Assembly (NCBI GenBank): GCA_030647205.1
Contig: JAUSJO010000002.1
Span: 305,771-369,770 of the forward strand
DNA from: a bacterium
Lineage (GTDB): Bacteria > Patescibacteriota > CPR2 > UBA1875 > JAJYID01
Length of the DNA stretch: 64,000 nt
Direction: 5' to 3'
This document shows, in pieces, positions 8,633 to 17,444 of the stretch (within the stretch, counting starts at the first letter, position 1; each line of letters begins with the position of its first letter). The notes beneath the pieces were generated by a model. That model searched no databases and was not told where the DNA came from. It saw nothing but the letters and a program-made list of their open reading frames with translations. The position numbers and the translations under genes are program-made.

Positions 8633-9225
8633 AAAGAATAGTAGTCGGACCGATAGAGGTAAATTGCTACTTGTTTGTTTCTGGCATTGAACTCGCCGTT
8701 GTTGATCCGGGGGATGAAGCGGAAAAAATTATTGAAGAAATTGGAAAGCTGGGGAAAGTAGACTATAAATACGTCCTTCTGACGCATGGGCACTACGATC
8801 ATGTGATGGCGGTTAATGAGCTAAAAGACAAATATGGTTTCAAGGTAGTTATCGGCGAGAAGGATGCCGATATTTCCGGCATGAACGCTCAAATTGGTGT
8901 CCAGACTCCAAAAACGAAAGTGGATATTACCGTGAAAGATGGTCAAGTTTTGGATTTTGGCGGGCAAAGAATACAGGTTTTAGAAACGCCTGGGCATACG
9001 ATCGGAAGTGTTTCATATTTAATCGGCACAGATTTATTTTCAGGCGATACATTATTCAGGCATACTCATGGGAGGACAGATTTGCCAGGCGGAAGCGATG
9101 AAGATATGGGGGATAGTCTGGAAAAACTACTGAAACTAAATGAGAAAATAAATATTCATCCCGGTCATGGAGAAGAAACGACAGTCGAAGAAGAAAGAGA
9201 ATTCTTCAAAAATCACCAATTTTAA
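8626..9225 (+). CDS. MBL-fold metallo-hydrolase (glyoxalase II-like)
   Basis: Contains THGHYDHV (the HxHxDH motif), plus PGHT and a later H. Its start overlaps the previous stop in an ATGnnnnTAA arrangement, suggesting translational coupling. Confidence 0.8.
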   Translation, partial: DIKRIVVGPIEVNCYLFVSGIELAVVDPGDEAEKIIEEIGKLGKVDYKYVLLTHGHYDHVMAVNELKDKYGFKVVIGEKDADISGMNAQIGVQTPKTKVDITVKDGQVLDFGGQRIQVLETPGHTIGSVSYLIGTDLFSGDTLFRHTHGRTDLPGGSDEDMGDSLEKLLKLNEKINIHPGHGEETTVEEEREFFKNHQF

Positions 9226-9246
9226 GGTATAATTGCTTGGTCTTTT

Positions 9247-9322
9247 CGGGGTGTGGCGCAGTTGGTAGCGCGCAGCGTTCGGGACGCTGAGGTCGGAAGT
9301 TCGAATCTTCTCACCCCGACCA
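9247..9322 (+). tRNA. tRNA-Pro (anticodon CGG)
   Basis: Folds as a cloverleaf by hand: acceptor CGGGGTG/CACCCCG, D-stem GCGC, anticodon stem CAGCG/CGCTG with loop TTCGGGA, T-loop TTCGAAT, and an encoded CCA. Confidence 0.85.
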
Positions 9323-9451
9323 GATTTTCATGCTAGCTATTGAAATTATTCAAAAAAATGTTTATACTTAAGGAGAAATAAAGGCGAGGGGAAACCCTTA
9401 TTTTTTTATTTGTACCATAAATATCAAAAGCGAAAGTAAGGGAGCTCTAAG

Positions 9452-9886
9452 GTGAAAATTATTGAGATTAGCTCAAAAGTAGCCCGAGTAGAGCAGATGG
9501 TTTATTGTAAAGAGAGCGATGGTAGTAAGATTATCATTTGTGATCCTGAAGGGAATATTGTTCGTAATCCCGTCTCTCATAAGGAAATGATTTATTTCGG
9601 TCAAGAGGCAGGGCTGTTTGTTTTCGATTTACCGGTCAAAGACGGTTTTTACGTTAGCCTTTGGCTCGGAAGAATTTATAATGATCTCTTTGTTCTTAAA
9701 CACCCCCTTACAGAAGAGAACAAAGCGGGAGATACAACAGAGCCCATCTTTAACCACTGGTCGGATAGAGGTGGGGAAGAAAAGAAAGAGGAACTTGAGC
9801 CATTTCGGTCGGCTATTATGAGGCTAAGGGATCCTGAAAAAGAGTGTTATCACTGTGAGCTCGTTGCTTCGATCCCTCCATCTTAA
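9452..9886 (+). CDS. hypothetical protein
   Basis: A 144-aa ORF in an otherwise empty region, with two weak hairpins plus T-runs downstream (9884-9960). Confidence 0.4.
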   Translation: MKIIEISSKVARVEQMVYCKESDGSKIIICDPEGNIVRNPVSHKEMIYFGQEAGLFVFDLPVKDGFYVSLWLGRIYNDLFVLKHPLTEENKAGDTTEPIFNHWSDRGGEEKKEELEPFRSAIMRLRDPEKECYHCELVASIPPS

Positions 9887-10000
9887 GCCTTCCTCTCTGA
9901 GGCTTATTCTTTCCGCAAAAAATATAACCCGGGTCCTGTACTCGGGTTATTTCCTTTTTGTTTACTTGTTTAGGGTTGCCGATTGGCTTATCATTAAATA

Positions 10001-11644
10001 ATGAAGATACTAAAGTTTATCTACCAAAATCTGGACCAGTTCAAACTCAGGTTTAAGCTCGTTTTTTTGACGGTTCTTATAGATAGTTTTTTTGTTTTTA
10101 TGATTCCTGTGCTACTCTCAGAATTTACAAAAAAAGATTTTACTCCTTCTAGATCCGGCTACTTGATTACCTTTTTAATTTCTTTCTATTGTATCTCTTT
10201 GGTGCTGCAATGGGTTATGAGAAGGTATGGTGAGTCAGTGGGGGCCAAGTTTTCTCATCATATTAGACTCAAGTATTTTAAGGCGCTCGACAAACTGCCT
10301 TACAAAAAGCTTATCAGACACCACTCCGGCTATACGCTATCCTTGATGGGTAAGTTTTCCGATGGTTTAACCGAGATAATACTGAACCTTTTTTGGACAT
10401 TTGGAAGAATATTCATGACTCTTACATTATTCTTTATCTTTACTGCCCGGGAGTCATTATTTATAGCCATCATGAACGTTTTGATTTTGGCAGTTTTTTT
10501 CATTATGAGCCTTCTTTTATCCAAGAAAATGATTCCTATATCGAGCGAGTTAAATCTTAAAAGAGCCTCTCTGCTTGAATCATATACCGACTTCATGTCG
10601 AATATTTTAACAGTCAAAAAACTAGGGGTTCACCAGTTTGCAGAGAGCAGACTAGAAAAAAAGACAGGGGAGACATACAGATATATACAGAAAATTCAAA
10701 ACTTTCATTCAAACAGGTGGTTTTTCCTCCATGCCCTATACGGCTTTGCCTTTATTGGCACCTTAAGTTTTCTAGTAGTTAAAGTTTCGCAAGGCCTTAT
10801 CTCTGTAAGCGTGCTCATACTTTTCATAGCGGCTTATTTAGTCATGAAGTCAATGATCGACAGAGTATCAGAGGTCTTAAAGATAATGATGGAAATGAGC
10901 GCCTATCTTGATAATCTAAACAAAGTTGTTGTCTTAAAAGAACGGGGAAAAGGGGCGGGTAAGGACTCAACACCCTGGAGTGAGGTTATTTTCAAAAACA
11001 TTGTTTTTAAATACTCAGGAAATTCGCGGAAGATTGAAGTTCCGCAATTCAATGTAGAAAAAGGTGAAAAGATTTGCATTTTGGGGAAGTCGGGGGGAGG
11101 AAAGACTACCTTTCTGAATTTATTTAGCGACTTTATCCAGCCGGACCAGGGTGAAAGGCTGGTAGATAATGTATCATATAAAAAGGTGAAAGAAGGTTTC
11201 TTTGAAGAAAAAATTTCAATAATATCTCAGGAAGTAGAGCTCTTTAACATTTCTTTAAGGGATAACATTACTCTTGACCGGAATATGAGTGATAAAGAGA
11301 TTGAAGTTCTTCTCGATAAGGTTGACTTGCTCAGCTGGATAAGAGGTCTTAAAGAGGGGTTAGATACTGTTGTAGGCGAAAAGGGGGTGAAGCTTTCAAC
11401 GGGACAAAAGCAACGGATAAATCTTTTAAGAGGTATTATCCTAGACAGAGAGATTCTTCTTCTTGATGAGCCGACCTCTAATCTTGATGTATTAACCCAA
11501 AAGAAAGTGATAGATTTTCTGGGGGAGTATTTGAAAGGCAAAACGGCTATTATTGTCTCACATCATGATGAGTTGAAAGGTGTCTGTGACAGATGCTACG
11601 AAATGAAAAATCACATCTTAACCGAAACAAATAATTTCAAATAA
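10001..11644 (+). CDS. ABC transporter, fused permease/ATP-binding exporter
   Basis: Six N-terminal TM helices are followed by Walker A (GKSGGGKTT), the signature motif (LSTGQKQRINLLRG) and Walker B (LLLDEPTSNLD). Confidence 0.8.
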   Translation: MKILKFIYQNLDQFKLRFKLVFLTVLIDSFFVFMIPVLLSEFTKKDFTPSRSGYLITFLISFYCISLVLQWVMRRYGESVGAKFSHHIRLKYFKALDKLPYKKLIRHHSGYTLSLMGKFSDGLTEIILNLFWTFGRIFMTLTLFFIFTARESLFIAIMNVLILAVFFIMSLLLSKKMIPISSELNLKRASLLESYTDFMSNILTVKKLGVHQFAESRLEKKTGETYRYIQKIQNFHSNRWFFLHALYGFAFIGTLSFLVVKVSQGLISVSVLILFIAAYLVMKSMIDRVSEVLKIMMEMSAYLDNLNKVVVLKERGKGAGKDSTPWSEVIFKNIVFKYSGNSRKIEVPQFNVEKGEKICILGKSGGGKTTFLNLFSDFIQPDQGERLVDNVSYKKVKEGFFEEKISIISQEVELFNISLRDNITLDRNMSDKEIEVLLDKVDLLSWIRGLKEGLDTVVGEKGVKLSTGQKQRINLLRGIILDREILLLDEPTSNLDVLTQKKVIDFLGEYLKGKTAIIVSHHDELKGVCDRCYEMKNHILTETNNFK

Positions 11645-11670
11645 ATTTTAAAGAACAATTTATTCTCTTC

Positions 11671-12444
11671 TTAGTAGTACTTTTTGTTATAGCATACGAG
11701 TTCAAGTTTTCCGGCTTTTCCTTTGTTGGGGTTGCCCTTGTAGGTGGTTACTCCGAGGTTGATTGGTTTTTCTTCTTTGTCAATTCGGATAAACTCTTCA
11801 GCATTTAGTCTCTCCAGATTAGCTCTAGCAGCCAGGATATTAAGATGGTGGGTCACAACAAGGATATTTTCACCGGCATGCTCCCTGATGATAGTTGTAA
11901 GCCATGAGCGGTTTCTTGTCCGAACATCAGGAACGTTTTCTCCCTGCGGAAACCGGTACCAGTACTGACCTTCACGTTTCTGAAGTTCTATTTGTTCAGG
12001 ATGGAGCACATGGAATACTCTCCAGTCATTGTATAGAAGGGTCAGGCCATGGTCTTGCTCCCGGATTCTCTCGTCCTCGTACCTTTTCACTTTCTCGAGT
12101 TCCGGCCAGCCTTTTGTTATCCTTTCTAGTGTATGGAGGGTTCTCTCAAACGGTGAAACGTAGATAATGTCGGGGAGTTTATGTTTCTCTCTAAGCGCTT
12201 TTCCTACCTTTTCTCCGCGTTTCTCTATATCGTCCTCAATGAGGGGTGTATTATGGTCACCATTGTTGAGAGAGAAAAGCTTCTGGACTTTGAGCGCCAA
12301 CTCTTTTGTTTTGTCATCAAATGGATCCTTCTCGAATGCTTTTAGAAACTCCTGATAGGTTGGATCACCGGCTTTCTTTTCTTTCAAAATATTGTATTTG
12401 GATACATCATGACGTATCAAGAGTAAGGTATTTGGCCACTTCAT
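11671..12444 (-). CDS. histidine phosphatase superfamily (phosphoglycerate-mutase-like) protein
   Basis: An N-terminal LLLIRHDVS (RHG-type motif) is present, with a C-terminal VVTHHLNILAARA. Confidence 0.55.
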   Translation of the reverse strand: MKWPNTLLLIRHDVSKYNILKEKKAGDPTYQEFLKAFEKDPFDDKTKELALKVQKLFSLNNGDHNTPLIEDDIEKRGEKVGKALREKHKLPDIIYVSPFERTLHTLERITKGWPELEKVKRYEDERIREQDHGLTLLYNDWRVFHVLHPEQIELQKREGQYWYRFPQGENVPDVRTRNRSWLTTIIREHAGENILVVTHHLNILAARANLERLNAEEFIRIDKEEKPINLGVTTYKGNPNKGKAGKLELVCYNKKYY

Positions 12445-12597
12445 TTTTCATCTCCTTCTTTGTCTATTTTGACTTAAGAATAACATAATTTTGGATGTTT
12501 TAAAAGAGAACAGGGTTGAAAAACCAAGTATAAAATGGTAAAATAACTAACCGTTAATTTTCAACTCTCGTTGATGCTCTTTGAAAAAGGAGACCAA

Positions 12598-12771
12598 ATG
12601 ACTGAAGCAAAAGTAGTTTGCAGATTTTGCAAAGGGGAGGGTCAAAAGGAAGTCACCGATAGATACAAAAACCCCTGGTTCAATGTTTGCAAGAAATGTG
12701 TTGATGCCAAAACTAAAATAGCAGGAGAAGGATTTATCGCAAGAGTATTCGGGCTTTTCATCAATCATTGA
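12598..12771 (+). CDS. small CxxC…CxxC zinc-ribbon protein (57 aa)
   Basis: AAAAGGAG RBS is present, with motifs CRFCKGEG…CKKC. It ends 12 nt before the next gene. Confidence 0.45.
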   Translation: MTEAKVVCRFCKGEGQKEVTDRYKNPWFNVCKKCVDAKTKIAGEGFIARVFGLFINH

Positions 12772-12783
12772 AAGCGAGGAGTA

Positions 12784-13476
12784 ATGAAGCATATCATCGT
12801 GTCACCGTTTTGGAAGCATATCAAAGAGCCAGATTCACTCTACGAGTGCCAAGCAGACTTCTATGATGATATAACAGTGCCGATTCAGGGAAATATCCCG
12901 ACAGAAATGGGATATAAGACAATCAACAGAATTGGTGAAGTTTTGTATGATGGGGCTCTTTATGCATCTGCTCAACGTGCGAAAAAGCACTACGATGGCT
13001 GGCTTAGAAAGTCACGTATCGTAGAAGTTCCTGTTCTTAAGGAAGGTAAGTTTTCGGTTGTAAAGAAAGAAGATGGACTGATAATTACCGACCAAGAAGA
13101 TCACAGTGACAGATGTCTTTTGTTCGCAAACTGCCTGACGGCTTTTGTTAATTTCGGTCAGGGTTTCTTGGGGAGTGACTATTATCCAACAATAATAAGG
13201 AGAGAAAGCACCGGCGAGATACTCCGGGAGGATAGTATACTGGCTAAGGGTTCTCTTTGCTCAGCAGAGATTATTACCTTACTTGAGCCGGGGCAAACCC
13301 TTGCCTTGTTCACGAACTATCAAGGCGAGGATATCATCTTCGAGGATGAGAGGTTCATCACCATCTATACTTGGGATGGGAGAGAAATCAAGACAGAACG
13401 CCATGACTATTACTCAGAAGAGTGGCGCAGAAGACAGAGGTCGAAGGAAATACTCGAAAGTCCAGTGATAAGCTAA
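12784..13476 (+). CDS. hypothetical protein (230 aa)
   Basis: GAGGAG RBS is present, with a good terminator downstream. No family recognised. Confidence 0.5.
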   Translation: MKHIIVSPFWKHIKEPDSLYECQADFYDDITVPIQGNIPTEMGYKTINRIGEVLYDGALYASAQRAKKHYDGWLRKSRIVEVPVLKEGKFSVVKKEDGLIITDQEDHSDRCLLFANCLTAFVNFGQGFLGSDYYPTIIRRESTGEILREDSILAKGSLCSAEIITLLEPGQTLALFTNYQGEDIIFEDERFITIYTWDGREIKTERHDYYSEEWRRRQRSKEILESPVIS

Positions 13477-13494
13477 GGCATTTTCTGGACTATA

Positions 13495-13533
13495 GGGGCC
13501 TCGCGCTAAAAAGCGCGAGGCCTTTTTCTTTTT
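13495..13533 (+). terminator. rho-independent terminator (GGCCTCGCGC…GCGCGAGGCC plus T-run)
   Basis: A perfect 10-bp GC stem with loop TAAAAA is followed by TTTTTCTTTTT. Confidence 0.8.
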
Positions 13534-13642
13534 CCATCCTTATTGCCCGCTTGTGTCTATATGCTAATTGGTTTATACTTAAGCAGTAAGTAAAGAAGGG
13601 GGGTCCCCTTCTTCTTTTATACCTACTCATCGCAACTTGAAA

Positions 13643-14236
13643 ATGAGGTGGATTGAAGTGAAATTTTTATTGCTTGCACTACCTATCTTATTCATCGTTA
13701 TTAACTTCTATTGTTGGTTTACCTTAGGTAAACAAAAGGAAAGTCGTCAAACTAGCAGTACGGAAGTACTAAATGCCATGGAGTGTACTGTTTGGGCTGA
13801 TACTACCCATATGACTATAGCTATCAGAGAGCTGGATGCTGATTTTCTCGAAAGAGTATTTCCGTTAGTTAGGGAAAAACTTTTTGGAGGCGGGGAGTTA
13901 CGAACTTTGGACTTTATCATTGGTCCTTGTAGCTCTGCAGAAAAAGAGAGGCAAGATCTCTCGAAAATTGATGAATTGTGTAAACTATTTCCTCAAAAGG
14001 TTTCCGTTTATATCAAGAGGCCCGGTTATGTTTTTAGTAAGGCGGATAAAATCGGCGAACAATTCATCATGACCGATACGAGACTACTTGTTAAGAGCCA
14101 GCTAGTTACTAGGAGCATCCTTGTCGAGAGTCCTAATAAATGGACGAGAAGGAGGTATGAATCTCAAATCAATGAAGTCAAGGCATCTGATAAGGTCATA
14201 AAAAAATATCAGGCCCTTATGCCAAGAGTTGCATAA
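13643..14236 (+). CDS. hypothetical membrane-anchored protein
   Basis: An N-terminal TM helix (FLLLALPILFIVINFYCWFTL) is present. Start is ATG at 13643 or TTG at 13637. Confidence 0.45.
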   Translation: MRWIEVKFLLLALPILFIVINFYCWFTLGKQKESRQTSSTEVLNAMECTVWADTTHMTIAIRELDADFLERVFPLVREKLFGGGELRTLDFIIGPCSSAEKERQDLSKIDELCKLFPQKVSVYIKRPGYVFSKADKIGEQFIMTDTRLLVKSQLVTRSILVESPNKWTRRRYESQINEVKASDKVIKKYQALMPRVA

Positions 14237-14253
14237 GCGTATCAGGTACACAT

Positions 14254-14289
14254 GACGGGCAGTCTATGACTGCCCGTCCTTTCTTTTGT
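14254..14289 (+). terminator. rho-independent terminator (GACGGGCAGTC…GACTGCCCGTC plus T-run)
   Basis: An 11-bp perfect stem is followed by CTTTCTTTTG. Confidence 0.75.
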
Positions 14290-14328
14290 ATACTTGTTTA
14301 GAGCAGCCAATTAGCTTATTATTGAGGC

Positions 14329-15315
14329 ATGGATACGAATGTTGTTTTAATTTTAGCAGGGCTGATAGTTGCCGGTTTTGTGGCGATAGCTGTTTTTATT
14401 AACAAAAAAATGGAATCTTTAGGCCAGAAAGATGACGGGCTCGATAGACTGCACGAGAGAATGGATAAGCAGTTTGAATCCAGTACGAAGATTATTCAGG
14501 ATGTGACCGAGAAACTTTCTAAATTAGAGAATACAAACACCCAGATAGTTGGGATCACCGAACAGCTTCAGGGGCTTGAGGATGTTTTGAAAAATCCTAA
14601 ACAAAGAGGTATTTTGGGCGAATATTATCTAGAAACTTTACTCAAAAACCTATTCCAGCCGAACCAGTATCAAATGCAGTATTCTTTCAAAGATGGCGAT
14701 ATTGTTGATGCGGTGATATTTATCAAAGACAAAGTTATCCCGATCGATTCCAAGTTTTCACTTGAAAATTACAACAAAATTTTGAAGGAAAAGGACGAAA
14801 CGAGAAAAATCCAGCTAGAAAAACTTTTCAAACAGGATTTAAAGAACAGGATCGATGAGACTTCTAAATATATCAAACCGAAAGAGGGAACGATGGATTT
14901 TGCTTTTATGTTTATCCCTTCGGAAGGTATTTACTATGATTTGCTAGTTAATCAAGTTGGAGCTTTGAAGGTTAATACCCGTGATCTAATCGAGTACGCA
15001 TTCAAAGAAAAGAAAGTGATTATAGTTTCTCCGACATCTTTTGCTGCATATTTACAGACAGTTTTACAAGGGTTGCGTGCGCTTACAATCGAGGAGTCAA
15101 TCAAGGATATCGTTGCTAATATTCATAAGTTGGGAAGCCATTTGAACTCTTACGAAGAATATATGCAAAAAGTGGGATCAAATCTTGGCACGACGGTCGG
15201 GATGTATAACAAAGCCTATAAAGAATTCGGTAAAATCGATAAGGATGTGACAAAGATTACCGGAAGCTCCATAGACTCTGATATCCTTCAAATAGACAAG
15301 CCGCAAGAGGACTGA
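14329..15315 (+). CDS. rmuC: DNA recombination protein RmuC
   Basis: An N-terminal TM helix and a long coiled coil are followed by the conserved RmuC C-terminal block (DFAFMFIPSEGIYYDLL). Confidence 0.7.
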   Translation: MDTNVVLILAGLIVAGFVAIAVFINKKMESLGQKDDGLDRLHERMDKQFESSTKIIQDVTEKLSKLENTNTQIVGITEQLQGLEDVLKNPKQRGILGEYYLETLLKNLFQPNQYQMQYSFKDGDIVDAVIFIKDKVIPIDSKFSLENYNKILKEKDETRKIQLEKLFKQDLKNRIDETSKYIKPKEGTMDFAFMFIPSEGIYYDLLVNQVGALKVNTRDLIEYAFKEKKVIIVSPTSFAAYLQTVLQGLRALTIEESIKDIVANIHKLGSHLNSYEEYMQKVGSNLGTTVGMYNKAYKEFGKIDKDVTKITGSSIDSDILQIDKPQED

Positions 15316-15318
15316 TTT

Positions 15319-15346
15319 TTGACAAATGCTTACGCCGTGGTATAAT
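15319..15346 (+). promoter_or_regulatory. near-consensus sigma-70 promoter TTGACA-N16-TGGTATAAT with no + strand CDS downstream
   Basis: TTGACA at 15319-15324 and TGGTATAAT at 15338-15346. It is followed by a 12-bp hairpin (15388-15416) and a T-run (15433-15439). Confidence 0.4.
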
Positions 15347-15429
15347 TTAGATGACTTAAGCACTTTTTATTTAACAGATTCGTATTGAATCATAAGCAAC
15401 CCCCTTGCTTGTGATTCGTTATGTGTCTG

Positions 15430-16038
15430 TTATTTTTTTGATGAGAGATATTTCTCGGTCTTTAGGATTAGAGTACATGTAGCAGCATGTTTGATTTTGC
15501 CCGACATGACCATTTGGACAGCTTCTTCGAGAGGAATTTTAATAATTTCTATTATCTCACTGTCTTCAAGCCTTTGTTCGGTTTCAATGAGATTTTTTGC
15601 CAAAAACATATAGTTTGGTGAGTGTATTGCCGCGGTGAACGGATGCACCAGACCGAGATCAATCCACTCATCTGCCAGAAGTCCGGCTTCTTCCTCTAAC
15701 TCTCTTTTTGCAGCCTCAAGAGGAGTCTCATTTTTATCAATTCCGCCGCTTACGGCTTCCACAGAAATTTCGTTAATGGCGTATCTGAACTCTTTTGTTA
15801 AGTAGATTTCACCGGAGTCATTGATCGCTAGCGCCGATGAACCCGGTTTCAAGGTAACCTTCGTAAATTCTTTTTCTGGCCCATTTTCGTAAACAACTGT
15901 ATCGCTTGAAACGCTAAGCAAACCGTTCTCATAAACAGTTTTTGTTCCCTTCACTTTAAACGGGGGATTTGTGTCCATATTGTTTATGTTAGCACGAGGT
16001 CCGATATATCTCAATTTCTTATTGTCGCAACCCCTCAA
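15430..16038 (-). CDS. NUDIX hydrolase (ADP-ribose pyrophosphatase-like)
   Basis: Nudix box GGIDKNETPLEAAKRELEEEAGL is present. The true start may be the internal Met at 15978. Confidence 0.75.
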   Translation of the reverse strand: MRGCDNKKLRYIGPRANINNMDTNPPFKVKGTKTVYENGLLSVSSDTVVYENGPEKEFTKVTLKPGSSALAINDSGEIYLTKEFRYAINEISVEAVSGGIDKNETPLEAAKRELEEEAGLLADEWIDLGLVHPFTAAIHSPNYMFLAKNLIETEQRLEDSEIIEIIKIPLEEAVQMVMSGKIKHAATCTLILKTEKYLSSKK

Positions 16039-16080
16039 ATTGCTTATAATTGTACCAGGATAATTTAAGAAAAGGATTTT

Positions 16081-16449
16081 ATGGCCTGGAAAAAGTATAT
16101 AAACGGGATGACTTTCGGAGTGCTTGTCCTATCTCTCGTCTTGGTGGGACTGGTTAACTTTACTTCTCCCGAAGCAGGAGCTATAAGCTATGGCTCGTTT
16201 TTTATCAGCTTTTTTCTGCTCCTGATATGCCTGGCTACAATATTCGGGTTTTATGCGCGCAGGAGAATATCAAATAACGAGGTTTTGTATAAAAATCTCA
16301 AGAACGCTTTCCGCCAAGGAACTCTTGTAGCACTATATTTCACCGTTCTTTTAATTCTTCGAGCAGCTGCGCTTCTAAACTGGTGGGACGCAGCACTTCT
16401 TGCGGTGAGTGTCATATCATTTGATATGTTTTTCAAGGGAAAAATGTAA
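16081..16449 (+). CDS. hypothetical integral membrane protein (3-4 TM)
   Basis: The ORF is hydrophobic. A TGCTTATAAT box lies at 16041-16050. Confidence 0.45.
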   Translation: MAWKKYINGMTFGVLVLSLVLVGLVNFTSPEAGAISYGSFFISFFLLLICLATIFGFYARRRISNNEVLYKNLKNAFRQGTLVALYFTVLLILRAAALLNWWDAALLAVSVISFDMFFKGKM

Positions 16450-17444
16450 TGGATATACAAAGCATTAAAAAACAATTTGAAGAAGATCTTTCAAAAGCCG
16501 TGTCGAAGGACGACTTGGTTGGTTTGAAAGTGAAATATTTGGGTAAAAAAAGCGAAATTTATAGTGCTCTCAGGTCTCTTGGGGATTTAAACCCTGACGA
16601 AAGGAGGGCTCAAGGTGCCGAGCTAAATAGATTGAGAACTGAGATTGAGAGCGCAATCAAAGATAGGGGAGGAGAACTTTCCAGCGGTGAAAAGGGAGTG
16701 AAAGTCGACTTTACTGAGCCCGGCAAAAAGTTCGAACTTGGGCATAAGCATCCAATTACTCAAATTTATGAGGAACTTTTTGAAATCGGTAAATCGCTCG
16801 GTTTTTCTATTGCCGAGGGACCCGAAATAGAAGCCGACTGGTACAGCTTTGAAGCGCTGAATATTCCGAAAGATCATCCCGCCAGAGACTTTGCCGATAC
16901 ATTTTATATAAGTGAAGAGGTTAACTTAAGGCCTCATACTTCAAATACCCAGATCCGATATATGGAGAGGCACAAACCGCCAATTAGGATTATTGCGTAT
17001 GGACGGACTTATCGGAAAGACAGCGACGTCACTCACACTCCTATGTTTCATCAGCTTGAGGGGCTGCTTGTAGATGATCGGGTAACATTTTCTGATCTGA
17101 AAGGTGTTTTGACCACATTTGCACAAGGAATTTTCGGTAAAGATAGGAAAGTAAGATTTAGACCGCATCACTTTCCATTTACTGAGCCATCCGTTGAGAT
17201 AGACGTATCCTGCGGCCTATGTGGAGGTAAAGGGTGCCGGTCATGTAAATATTCTGGTTGGCTTGAAATACTTGGTGCCGGTATGGTCCATCCAAATGTT
17301 TTGAAAAATTCTGGTATTGATTCTAAAAAGTATCAAGGATTTGCATTTGGCATAGGTATCGAACGCATAGCGATGTTGAAATATGAGACTGATGATTTGA
17401 GATTATTCTTTGATAATGACTTAAGATTTCTGGAGCAGTTCTAA
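16449..17444 (+). CDS. pheS: phenylalanine--tRNA ligase alpha subunit
   Basis: Class II aaRS motifs are present ([17 protein letters not shown]; GAGMVHPNV). Confidence 0.9.
   Translation: MDIQSIKKQFEEDLSKAVSKDDLVGLKVKYLGKKSEIYSALRSLGDLNPDERRAQGAELNRLRTEIESAIKDRGGELSSGEKGVKVDFTEPGKKFELGHKHPITQIYEELFEIGKSLGFSIAEGPEIEADWYSFEALNIPKDHPARDFADTFYISEEVNLRPHTSNTQIRYMERHKPPIRIIAYGRTYRKDSDVTHTPMFHQLEGLLVDDRVTFSDLKGVLTTFAQGIFGKDRKVRFRPHHFPFTEPSVEIDVSCGLCGGKGCRSCKYSGWLEILGAGMVHPNVLKNSGIDSKKYQGFAFGIGIERIAMLKYETDDLRLFFDNDLRFLEQF

Noticed and set aside
9618-9821. 67-aa ORF nested inside the 9452..9886 hypothetical gene
   Set aside because: Same strand, alternative frame, no RBS.
12547-12792. 81-aa minus-strand ORF antisense to the small Zn-ribbon gene
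   Set aside because: The + strand ORF has a strong RBS and clean CxxC pairs. The antisense ORF has neither.
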